A stretch of DNA of 64,000 bases from Candidatus Doudnabacteria bacterium (GCA_037200925.1 JBBCGO010000001.1:601607-665606), one strand, 5' to 3'; counted from the stretch's first letter, positions 51,102 to 59,545 are shown. The notes: generated by a model not told the origin, from the sequence alone. Made by a program: numbers and translations.

Positions 51102-52664
51102 TTAAGCTGTCAGTTTTTTTCTCATCAAGTAGGATGAGAACAATCCGAGGAAGATCCCGGCTGTCGGAATGACGATGCCCCAAGGAGTGTTTTTCTTTTC
51201 CGGAGCAAATCCCGCTGCCGGCAAAGGCGGAGCTACGATCGCAGCCGGAGCCAGGCTCGGTACAACCACTGTAGCGGTAGCGACATCTGTTGCGGTAATG
51301 CCATTGGCAGTTCCGGTCGCTGTTGCCGTGTTCGTTGTGGTTGCGGTCAGGTTTGAGGTGCAGGTATACGTCCAGGTTTCCGTAGGATCAAGCAAATTAT
51401 CGGCATTGATGTCGCCGGTATGCCCTGAGATGCCGCTGCAGAAGTTATCGGTCAGAGTGACGTTGCTTAGAGCAACAGTGCCAGGATTGGTTAAATTGTA
51501 AGTGTATGTGACCAGTCCGCCGTTGGCTGAAGGAGTGACGAACATGTTTGGTGTTTTTACCACATGGATCAGGGGCGGAATAATTGCCGCGCCAACAATC
51601 ACTGTTGCGCTGGCAATATGGGTTGTGCTCTGGCCAAGATAATATCCGGTCGCTGTGACAGTGTTCGTGTGCGTGGCCGCAAGCGTCGTGGTGCAGGTGT
51701 AGACCCAGGTTTCATTCACATCCAGCGCGCCGTTGTTATTAGTGTCTCCTGACTGCAGAACTATCGGGCTGCAGGTATCACCAACCATGGTTACTGTGGT
51801 CATGGGCACGGTTCCAATATTAGTGGCAGTGTAAGTATAAGTTACGGGCCCTGGTCCTCCCGGCAGAGCCAAAGGATTTGGTACTTTCAAGACATCAATA
51901 AGCGGTGGAACAACAACTGGGCCATTGGAACCCGCTGGAGGCGTACCCGCGCATGTCGGTGGTACGTTAATGGTGTCGGTATCGGTCGTTACTGTTCCGC
52001 CAAATGCCAAAAGCCTTCCAGACCAGTTTGTAGTACTGCCGACAGTAATACCTGCAGCATCAATATCAGTTCCAATCATTGTAGTATTAGCACTAAGCGT
52101 CGTGGCCTGGGTCGGTGTCCAAAAAACATCGCATGGTGAAGCTCCGGCGAGTGCGACAATCGCTCCGGGCGATGAAGTAAGAGCGCCAACAGCTCTGAAG
52201 ATGTAAGTTCCAGCACCTGTAAGAGTAATTGTAGCCGATATATTCATTGCCCCTCCACTGCAATATATTCCAGGAGCATAAACTCCAATCGTACCATGAA
52301 TAACGTCAGTTCCAAGATCTATTGGACCTCCCCACGTGGTTGTGCACGGTGATTGGGCAGCCAAAGCAGCTAAGGCTGCACCTTGATCCGTACCTGCCGT
52401 GGTATATGGAGGGGTATTGCCATAACGTGCCTGAGCTCCCGCAGGATGGACGGGCGCTCCTGTAGTAAATCCGATATCGCCATTGACTGTGGTTCCTGCG
52501 GTTGTGTTAGTAAAGGTACTGGCAAGAATAGCATAGGATGTCGCAGCGCCAAGGTTAGGCGTAGTTGCTGCGATTGCGGCCATTGGCTCGGCAAAACCCA
52601 GGGCCAAGAGCGTTAAACAGGCTACAAATAGTGTTAAAATAGAGTTTTTATTGAATATTTTCAT
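51102..52664 (-). CDS. DUF3494 ice-binding-like domain + two DUF11-like domains + LPAAG sorting signal
   Basis: LGAA.SYAILA, APGIYC, YIFR..GAL, DVFW, GRLLA; C-terminal LPAAG-TM-RKK. Confidence 0.85.
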   Translation of the reverse strand: MKIFNKNSILTLFVACLTLLALGFAEPMAAIAATTPNLGAATSYAILASTFTNTTAGTTVNGDIGFTTGAPVHPAGAQARYGNTPPYTTAGTDQGAALAALAAQSPCTTTWGGPIDLGTDVIHGTIGVYAPGIYCSGGAMNISATITLTGAGTYIFRAVGALTSSPGAIVALAGASPCDVFWTPTQATTLSANTTMIGTDIDAAGITVGSTTNWSGRLLAFGGTVTTDTDTINVPPTCAGTPPAGSNGPVVVPPLIDVLKVPNPLALPGGPGPVTYTYTATNIGTVPMTTVTMVGDTCSPIVLQSGDTNNNGALDVNETWVYTCTTTLAATHTNTVTATGYYLGQSTTHIASATVIVGAAIIPPLIHVVKTPNMFVTPSANGGLVTYTYNLTNPGTVALSNVTLTDNFCSGISGHTGDINADNLLDPTETWTYTCTSNLTATTTNTATATGTANGITATDVATATVVVPSLAPAAIVAPPLPAAGFAPEKKNTPWGIVIPTAGIFLGLFSSYLMRKKLTA

Positions 52665-52933
52665 AATTTTTTATTTTTTGGTTAATGATTTGTGTGAGTT
52701 GTATATTGATGTTTACAGGGTTGAAGATATTGGTTTAAGCGGGTCGACCACTCAGCTTGTTCCAATATTTGATGTTTTGTTAAGTAATTTTGGCAACAAA
52801 AAATTCCGGGCCAGATTCCCAACTGTCTTTATAATATGATCCTTTGTCTTTTTTTGTTTCAATGTCTTATTAACTTAAGCTATATATATATTATAGCACA
52901 ATTACAAAAAAATTGCAATATCCACAGAGTAGC

Positions 52934-53341
52934 TTACGTTGTTGGTGTTTTTTCTTCAGGCTGATTGTTTTTTGCAAGAAACCTTTTTACTTTCTCGACA
53001 ATATCGCCTACAGCCTGGTTTGATTTGATCAGATATTCGTCTGATCCCAGTCCAAGGCCTTTTTTGATGTCTTCGTCTTCGCCAAGTAGCGTGAGTATTA
53101 CCACAGGGATGGCTTTCGTGTCAGGAGAATTTTTTAATTCCTCGAGCACTTCCAGGCCCGGCTTTTTTGGAAGGATGAGATCAAGCATCACTACATCGGG
53201 GCGCTTGGACTTCACCAGTTCCAGACCGGCAATACCATCAAATGCCTGAAAGACCTCAAATCCGGCATCTCTGAATTCCGTAGAAAGCACTTTGGACAGA
53301 ATTTCATCGTCTTCAATCAATGCTATTTTTTTTGCGCTCAT
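52934..53341 (-). CDS. single-domain response regulator (receiver only)
   Basis: IALIEDD, PDVVMLDLILPKKPG, ILT, YLIK. Confidence 0.92.
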   Translation of the reverse strand: MSAKKIALIEDDEILSKVLSTEFRDAGFEVFQAFDGIAGLELVKSKRPDVVMLDLILPKKPGLEVLEELKNSPDTKAIPVVILTLLGEDEDIKKGLGLGSDEYLIKSNQAVGDIVEKVKRFLAKNNQPEEKTPTT

Positions 53342-53369
53342 ATAAATTCCGCATTCGCGCCTAATTTAT

Positions 53370-54995
53370 TTATTTAAGATTTTTAACATATGCCAATCCG
53401 CTTCCTCCGGCTTTGGACGGCGATATCAAAGGCAGTTCAACAAAGAAAGTCGTGCCTTTTTCTTCCGGCAGTGTGGGCGATTCAACCCAGATCTTTCCTC
53501 CCAGCAGTTTTGCCGCTTCGCGGGCGATGTAAAGACCCAATCCCGTGCCGTCGGTTTTTGTAACAACTGCATTGCTCGCGCGCATGAACTTTTCAAACAA
53601 ATGTTCCTGATCCTTCTTGGGGATCCCGATGCCGGAGTCTTTGACCTGGAGGATCACCGAATTTTCCTTCTTCTCCAGCAAGATATCGATCTTTCCGGCG
53701 GGCGGAGTATAATCTATTGCATTGGTAACGAGATTCTGCAGGATGTATTCGAGCAGGTTCATATCCGTAACAATCGTAATTTCTTCCGGGTGCGGCGTGA
53801 ATTTAAGCGACAATTTTTTCTTTTCGGAAAGCAGGCGGTATTCGCCAATGTGTTTTTCGATAAAACCGACCAACTCCAGGGATTCAGCATGTACACCGAC
53901 GCTCCCGTTCTCGATCCGGGAAGTATCCAGCAACAATTTTACCAGTGCATTGGAGCGTTGAACCGAATAAAGAATATCATTGAGATATTCTTTACCTTTG
54001 TCCGTTAATTTTTCTTTTTTCATGATCAGCTCGATCAGCCACCTTATGCCCGTAAGCGGTGTGCGCAATTGGTGTGATGCGAGCGAAACGAATTCAGTTT
54101 TGGCGCGGTCGATCTCTTTTTCGCGGGTTATATCCCGGAAGATGTTTATTGCTCCTATGACTTTGCCGCCAAGGACTATGGGAGACACGGTTCTTGATAC
54201 AGGGAATTTTGTCCCGTCCTTTCTTATGTAATAAAAGGAAGTTGTTATAGTTGTGGTCGTGGTTGCGGCCGTTGTCAGAGCGGCATGTATAGCCCCTTCC
54301 TCAGCTGACAGCGGATTGCCCTTCTCGTCCTCGCGAATCAGGATCTCATACCATTGCTTGCCGATCGATTCGGAGCTGTTATAGCCGAGCATCTGTTCGG
54401 CCGTGTGGTTCATAAAAATGATCTTCCCTTTCTCATCAAGCGCTATCAGCCCGTCGCCGACCGAAAGCAAGATCGCCTCTTCTTTGGCTTTTGCCTGCGC
54501 TAGCTTTTCCGCCTCAGCCTGAAGATCTTCGTAGACATTCCGCGCGGCTATCTTTGCGTTTTCCAGATCTTTCTCCACCCGTTTCCTGGTAGAGATATTT
54601 TGAAATGAAGCTGCGCCTATAATACCTACCGCTATGAGAAGAGAGGAGGTGGTCAGCCCGTCCAGTGGAGTTGCATATAAACTTTTTGCAGAAACAGCTG
54701 CTGCTTGAGGGACCTGAATTGATCCTGTTAACGGGAATTTAACCGTTTGGGATAAAGCGGTCTGGGGTAAACTTTGGTTGGATGGAGGCAGCAATAGAAA
54801 ATAGATCTCAGCTCCAAGGATCACAAAAAAAATTAAGATCAGAATCAAATTGAATAAATATGCAGTTTTTTTTTGAGTCTTCTGTTGCCTGCTTTTTTTG
54901 GTTAAAAAGAAAAAAATAAAAAGTGCTAACAATGCACCTGATAAGATGCTCCATACTATGATCTTTATATCGGAATTCACCGTAATAGAGTTCAT
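53370..54995 (-). CDS. membrane PAS-domain sensor histidine kinase (3 TM)
   Basis: SVGDGLIALD PAS, SLASHQLRTP, TNAIDYT, DSGIGIP, GTGLGL; PAS/H-box paralogous to 37351-39723. Confidence 0.93.
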   Translation of the reverse strand: MNSITVNSDIKIIVWSILSGALLALFIFFFLTKKSRQQKTQKKTAYLFNLILILIFFVILGAEIYFLLLPPSNQSLPQTALSQTVKFPLTGSIQVPQAAAVSAKSLYATPLDGLTTSSLLIAVGIIGAASFQNISTRKRVEKDLENAKIAARNVYEDLQAEAEKLAQAKAKEEAILLSVGDGLIALDEKGKIIFMNHTAEQMLGYNSSESIGKQWYEILIREDEKGNPLSAEEGAIHAALTTAATTTTTITTSFYYIRKDGTKFPVSRTVSPIVLGGKVIGAINIFRDITREKEIDRAKTEFVSLASHQLRTPLTGIRWLIELIMKKEKLTDKGKEYLNDILYSVQRSNALVKLLLDTSRIENGSVGVHAESLELVGFIEKHIGEYRLLSEKKKLSLKFTPHPEEITIVTDMNLLEYILQNLVTNAIDYTPPAGKIDILLEKKENSVILQVKDSGIGIPKKDQEHLFEKFMRASNAVVTKTDGTGLGLYIAREAAKLLGGKIWVESPTLPEEKGTTFFVELPLISPSKAGGSGLAYVKNLK

Positions 54996-54998
54996 TTG

Positions 54999-55817
54999 TC
55001 AGCGATTTTTTTGATTACCATCGCCGTTTTTGATTTGTTTTTTCAGGTCATCGATTTCTTTTTTGAGCTCCACCATTTTCAGTTCCCTGCCGATCATGCT
55101 TTTATTCACTGATTCCAATTCTGTTACTCTGCTGAGCAGTTCTTTTGCGCGCTCGGCGATCTTGACCTCGAGGCTTTTGGTATATTCGGCTAATTTACCC
55201 TCAAGCCCTTTTCTGGTGGTGATGTCTTCCATGGCCAGGATGATCAGTTGCACAGTGTCTATTTGTTTGGCATTGAGCAGTATAGTTTTTTCACCGATGG
55301 TTTCGAAAGTATGCGTGACGCCGTAATCCCTGACCATTTTTTTCTCCGGCAGAATTTCTTCCAGCAGGCTCTTCAGTTCAGGAATATTCCACTGGCCGTT
55401 CCCCAGTTTATAAAGAAGAATATTTTCCGTTTCTTGGGGCGAAACCTGAAAGGTTTCATAGAAAGTCGGATTCGCTTCAACCACGCGAAGATCAGCGTCA
55501 AGAATTAAGAACGACTCTCTGGCAACGTCTACCAAAGTTTTCATATAATGCAAAGCTTCCTGTTGTGATTCTTTGATCTCCTGCTTTGATTCTGTTAACT
55601 GCGCTTCTGATTCTTTTATTTTCTCTTCCGATTCTGTTATATTCTGCTTTGATTCTGTTAACTGCGCTTCTGATTTTTTTATTTTTTGTTTCGATTCTTT
55701 TACATCCTGCTTTGATTCTCTAATGTCCTCTTCGGATTCTCTTACTCCCAGTTTTGATTCTTTTAACTCCGCTTCCGATTCTTTTAATGTATCTGATTTT
55801 TTTGTGTCGTCGTTCAT
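54999..55817 (-). CDS. PAS-domain protein with N-terminal ES-heptad repeats and C-terminal GRELKM coiled coil
   Basis: 11x ESxxxxx heptads; CheR-type PAS (LILDADLRV.EAN.TFY..F, LGNGQWNIPEL); MIGRELKMVELK. Confidence 0.85.
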   Translation of the reverse strand: MNDDTKKSDTLKESEAELKESKLGVRESEEDIRESKQDVKESKQKIKKSEAQLTESKQNITESEEKIKESEAQLTESKQEIKESQQEALHYMKTLVDVARESFLILDADLRVVEANPTFYETFQVSPQETENILLYKLGNGQWNIPELKSLLEEILPEKKMVRDYGVTHTFETIGEKTILLNAKQIDTVQLIILAMEDITTRKGLEGKLAEYTKSLEVKIAERAKELLSRVTELESVNKSMIGRELKMVELKKEIDDLKKQIKNGDGNQKNR

Positions 55818-56035
55818 ATTTTTGATCCCCCCAGTTAGTTTTAAGATTTTTAAGCTAAAATTAGTTTAATATTCCCTACGGTATAAAATCAGAATAGTTA
55901 AATTTTACCCCAATGTCAATAAACGCCAGTAAATCACTATATATCCGGCCAAAAATATTATAAATTGAGCGGGGTTTAATAATAAGGGCTTCGCAAAAGC
56001 CGCGAAGCCCCGAGTCCCAGCAGGACGCGTAACAG

Positions 56036-56905
56036 TCAGTACTTTTTTTTGTCCTTGTCGTGATCTTTGTCTTTGTGTTCGTCCTTGTGGTCTTTATCGT
56101 GATCCTTATGATCCTTGTCCTTGTGGTGATCACGATCGTGGTCCTTGTCGTGGTGATGATGGTGGTGCTTCTTGGGCGGCACTTCGCACTTTTCCACCGG
56201 CGGGAAAGTGGAACCCTTTGAGCAGACGGCGACATGGTTCGTGTCCATCGTCACCGCTGCCGTGAGGGCTATCACACTGCCGGAAACATTGACGCCGGTC
56301 GTCAGGGTGACGCTCGCCAGTGCCAGAATGTTTCCCGCAAATTGCGTGCCGGTTCCGAGGGTAGCGGAGCTTCCGATCTGCCAAAAGACATTTCCGCAAT
56401 TCGTTGCATCCATCATGACAACGTGCGAGTTGCTTGCGGTTGTCAGCGTGCTTGCGATCTGGAAAACCCAGGGACCGGACCCGGTCAGAACGAGCGTTCC
56501 GGTCAGCTGCGCCGAGGAGTTGAAACAGTACACTCCCGGCGGAAGCGTGAGCGTGCCCAGATCTTGGCCGGTCAGATTATTGACGCTTGGGCAAGGCAAC
56601 GCTTTTAGCGCGGCGTACGCCAGGTGGGCATCTGCTTGAGCTGTTGCCGCGCGCATGTTGCCCGCGTTTATTGTTCCTCCGACCACGACTCCCGGCGGGA
56701 AGCCGGTGATCGAGGTGCCGGGACTGACCCCGAGATCACCGGTGACGACGCTCGCGCCGGTGTTGGTGACCGTCGTGGCGCCAAGCACGGCGAAGTTCTG
56801 CGCCGAACCGAGCGACTGGGCGGATGCCGCGGAAGCGAAGAGAACAATCGCAGCGAGAGGGACAGACACAAACCACCGCATCTTCTTTCGCATACAATCC
56901 TCCAT
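56036..56905 (-). CDS. secreted DUF3494 ice-binding-like protein with His/Asp/Lys-rich tail
   Basis: LGSAQNFAVLGATTVTNTG.SVVTGDLGVSPGTSITGFPPG, LPPGVY, FQIASTLTTAS, VFWQIGSSATLG; tail HHHHHHDKDHDRD... Confidence 0.92.
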   Translation of the reverse strand: MEDCMRKKMRWFVSVPLAAIVLFASAASAQSLGSAQNFAVLGATTVTNTGASVVTGDLGVSPGTSITGFPPGVVVGGTINAGNMRAATAQADAHLAYAALKALPCPSVNNLTGQDLGTLTLPPGVYCFNSSAQLTGTLVLTGSGPWVFQIASTLTTASNSHVVMMDATNCGNVFWQIGSSATLGTGTQFAGNILALASVTLTTGVNVSGSVIALTAAVTMDTNHVAVCSKGSTFPPVEKCEVPPKKHHHHHHDKDHDRDHHKDKDHKDHDKDHKDEHKDKDHDKDKKKY

Positions 56906-57079
56906 GGAAAACCGAGTATAGCTTCATTATAAAATGTTATTTATTCAATTACAAAAGAAAAAAAACGGAACAGGTCCGTTTACGAAAATTATTTCTGAAT
57001 TCAGGCCATTATAAAATTGATTGACCTAAGAACGAAATTTGCTTATAATTGATAGGATTTTTGTGCAAATTGAATTCAT

Positions 57080-57165
57080 GCACGGGTGGCGAAATGGTAC
57101 ACGCACTACCTTGAGGTGGTAGCGCCCGCAAGGGCTTGGAGGTTCGAGTCCTCTCCCGTGCACCA
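57080..57165 (+). tRNA. tRNA-Leu(GAG)
   Basis: GCACGGG/CCCGTGC, loop TTGAGGT, long variable arm, CCA end. Confidence 0.95.
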
Positions 57166-57166
57166 C

Positions 57167-57241
57167 GGGCGGTTAGCTCAGTGGTAGAGCGTCTCGTTTA
57201 CACCGAGAAGGCCGTAGGTCCGATCCCTACACCGCCCACCA
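57167..57241 (+). tRNA. tRNA-Val(TAC)
   Basis: GGGCGGT/ACCGCCC, loop TTTACAC, CCA end; T-loop reads TCCGATC. Confidence 0.92.
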
Positions 57242-57272
57242 ATAAGATTTGGTATAATAGGATTTCTAAGAC

Positions 57273-57323
57273 CAAAAAATTGAGTCGCAGTCCCGATTTA
57301 TCGGGACGAGAACAATTTTTTTG
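57273..57323 (+). repeat. structured tRNA 5'-leader element (module A), copy before tRNA-Phe
   Basis: CAAAAAATTG-AGTCGCA-GTCCCGAT/ATCGGGAC-GAGAA-CAATTTTTTTG. Confidence 0.75.
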
Positions 57324-57328
57324 AGGAC

Positions 57329-57403
57329 GCCTCGGTAGCTCATTGGTAGAGCGCAGCCCTGAAGAGGCTGGCGTAGTCAGTTCGATTCTGACCCGAGGCA
57401 CCA
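57329..57403 (+). tRNA. tRNA-Phe(GAA)
   Basis: GCCTCGG/CCGAGGC, loop CTGAAGA, CCA end. Confidence 0.95.
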
Positions 57404-57420
57404 AAGAATATAAGGAATTA

Positions 57421-57533
57421 CAAAAAATTTGAGTCGCAGGCCGAAGGCCGAGAACAAATTTTTTGAGAGGAGCGACGACCAGACCGTAGCACTTTTACGG
57501 GGTAAAATGCGAAGCGTCTGTCAGTCGCGACGA
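57421..57533 (+). repeat. structured tRNA 5'-leader element (modules A+B), copy before tRNA-Gly
   Basis: CAAAAAATTTG-AGTCGCA-GGCC/GGCC-GAGAA-CAAATTTTTTG then nested hairpin ending GACGA. Confidence 0.75.
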
Positions 57534-57607
57534 GCGGGTATGGTTCAGTGGTAGAACATTGCCTTGCCAAGGCAGAGATGCGGGTTCGATTCCCGCTACC
57601 CGCTCCA
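57534..57607 (+). tRNA. tRNA-Gly(GCC)
   Basis: GCGGGTA/TACCCGC, loop TTGCCAA, CCA end. Confidence 0.95.
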
Positions 57608-57646
57608 AAAGAAAGTGCTCCATATGAGGTGATGGAGTTTTTTTTT

Positions 57647-57777
57647 GGAATCGAACGGGCAGAAGCGAGACGAGGCATCAGCCGAAGTCGAGCGTCGATG
57701 AAAGCGAGCAAGCGCAGCTTTCAGCGCTGCCCCGGGCAAGGCGCATTAGCGCCGCGGAATTCCCGCTACCCGCTCCA
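57647..57777 (+). repeat. tRNA 3'-trailer hairpin element ending in a copy of the tRNA-Gly 3' end
   Basis: GGAATCGAA.GGGCAGAAG...GCGAGCAAGCGCAGC..GCGCTGCCCCGG...ATTCCCGCTACCCGCTCCA; homologous to 37117-37326. Confidence 0.85.
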
Positions 57778-57815
57778 AAGAAAAAATCCGACCATAATGT
57801 CGGATTTTTTCTTTG

Positions 57816-58634
57816 CTAAACTTTCCTGTCGCGGCCCACGATTATTTTCAATGCCTTGGGCAGGATCTCTATCACCGCAGGTGTTTTGGCGATGACGCGG
57901 CTCCCGACGCGCAGGGGCAAGCCGGTGGGCGTCAGGACTTCTATTTTATTGGCGTGGATGACCGACGCTTCGGGAATTTCCTGATAATCGCCTGTGAGAA
58001 TTTGCTTGCGGTACCGGAAAGTTTTGGATTTGGACAGTTTGGGTAAAAGCAATACTTCGGCGCTGCCTTTGGCGTCATGGTTATTTGTGATTATTCCGCT
58101 GACCACTTTTGTGCTGGCCTGGTATTGTCCGTTCACCGAGAATTTAACTTCAAACGCAGGAAGATTAAAAAGCGAACGGATCAATTTTAAATTGAACAGG
58201 CTGCCAAATCCCCCATCCGGATTGATGCTTGGTCCGAACATGAGCTTTGATAAAAAATAATTGCCGTTCACCAGGCCCAGATCCAGTTCTTCTATTCTGC
58301 GGCCGCCGATGATCTTGGCCGCGCGCGCGATATCCATGATCCCGAGCATCTGGCCGATCCGGGTCTCAAAGATCGGAATAAAACCCACTACTATTTCCCG
58401 ATTTTTGATCGCATTGATCACGTCGTGCAGGGTATCGTCATAACCCACGGCGACAATGGTTTTGGCGCCGTGAAAAAAAGCGTTCTCCACCAGCTGATTG
58501 ATGGTGCGAAGCCCGGTCGAGCGCACGACTTCGCCCGAAACCCGGTACTCAGACAAAGACGAGTACAAAAGGTTTTGTACTCGTTCAAACTCTCTTTGTG
58601 AGATTTTCTGCGGGTCAACAATGTAGTAGTACAT
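57816..58634 (-). CDS. diacylglycerol kinase family protein (degenerate)
   Basis: YYYIVDP, IVAVGYDDTL.DVIN, GFIP, DLGLVNG.YF. Confidence 0.8.
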   Translation of the reverse strand: MYYYIVDPQKISQREFERVQNLLYSSLSEYRVSGEVVRSTGLRTINQLVENAFFHGAKTIVAVGYDDTLHDVINAIKNREIVVGFIPIFETRIGQMLGIMDIARAAKIIGGRRIEELDLGLVNGNYFLSKLMFGPSINPDGGFGSLFNLKLIRSLFNLPAFEVKFSVNGQYQASTKVVSGIITNNHDAKGSAEVLLLPKLSKSKTFRYRKQILTGDYQEIPEASVIHANKIEVLTPTGLPLRVGSRVIAKTPAVIEILPKALKIIVGRDRKV

Positions 58635-58635
58635 A

Positions 58636-58995
58636 CTATTCCTGCGCGTCAGCTACAGCTTTCGGCTCCTGCATTTTGCATGCTCCCGAGAAGTAAGCTC
58701 CTTCGCGGATGCCCAAAGAACCGCAGCTGATATTGCCGATGACCTTTGCTGTTTCCAAAAGCAGCAATGATTCTTTGACCGTGACATTGCCTTTGACCAC
58801 CCCGCCTATCACTGCGTTGGCAGCGATGATGTCGGCGTCGATCTGGGCGTTCGGGCCGACGAGCAGATCCTGGGAAGTATGAACTTTACCGGAAACTACA
58901 CCGTCAATTTTTACGTTGCCGTTTGATTTCAGCTCGCCATCGATCCGCATGGAAGCGGCGACAATTGTTTCCGGATTTTGTTCTTGTCGGGCCAT
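58636..58995 (-). CDS. bactofilin (polymer-forming cytoskeletal protein)
   Basis: T.......IDGEL...G.V.IDG...G.V.....L.VG, I.EGA.F.G.C.M. Confidence 0.9.
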   Translation of the reverse strand: MARQEQNPETIVAASMRIDGELKSNGNVKIDGVVSGKVHTSQDLLVGPNAQIDADIIAANAVIGGVVKGNVTVKESLLLLETAKVIGNISCGSLGIREGAYFSGACKMQEPKAVADAQE

Positions 58996-59076
58996 AAAAA
59001 GTAAATTTCTAATTACTAATTTCTAATTGACCTAAATAATTAGAAATTAGATCAATTAGACTAATTAGGCCAATTT

Positions 59077-59541
59077 TTATTTTGCTTCTTTTATCGCCTG
59101 AATTTCTTCTTCGGTTAATTTGGATTCAGACAAACCGGCTTTCACGGCTTTGGCATAAATTCTGGTCCCTTCTCGGCCGTGAAGGGACGAGATGACTATT
59201 CCCTCGTCTGAAGCATCGAGCAGCGCCAAAGTAAAACTGATATTGCCGCCGGCATCATCAAACGGATTGAAACGCAAAAATCCAACCTTTTGGATATTGG
59301 AACGGTTATCTTTGTAAAGCCTGGTCAGGCTTTCATCCAGTTCAGTAAGTTCCTGGTTGATCTTCGTGATGCCGCGGTTCTGGTCGATCAGAATCTGCTC
59401 CAGGTCCTTGCCCAGGCCGGAAGAAAAAAACTCCCGGCGAACTCGGTCGAGTTTGGCAAGCTTTAACGCCAGCCAAATGACCGCAATAAGCAAGATGGCG
59501 CTTAAAATAGTGCTGATCAAAACTAAATATTGATTGTTCAT
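59077..59541 (-). CDS. DUF4446-family membrane-anchored protein
   Basis: QKVG..RFNPF.D.GG..SF.LALLD, GR...R.YAK, L..EE. Confidence 0.85.
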   Translation of the reverse strand: MNNQYLVLISTILSAILLIAVIWLALKLAKLDRVRREFFSSGLGKDLEQILIDQNRGITKINQELTELDESLTRLYKDNRSNIQKVGFLRFNPFDDAGGNISFTLALLDASDEGIVISSLHGREGTRIYAKAVKAGLSESKLTEEEIQAIKEAK

Positions 59542-59545
59542 AATT

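Noticed and set aside
37117-57080. Prophage or integrative element between the tRNA clusters
   Set aside because: No integrase, transposase or phage gene, and no distal att duplication seen; treated as an accessory region only.
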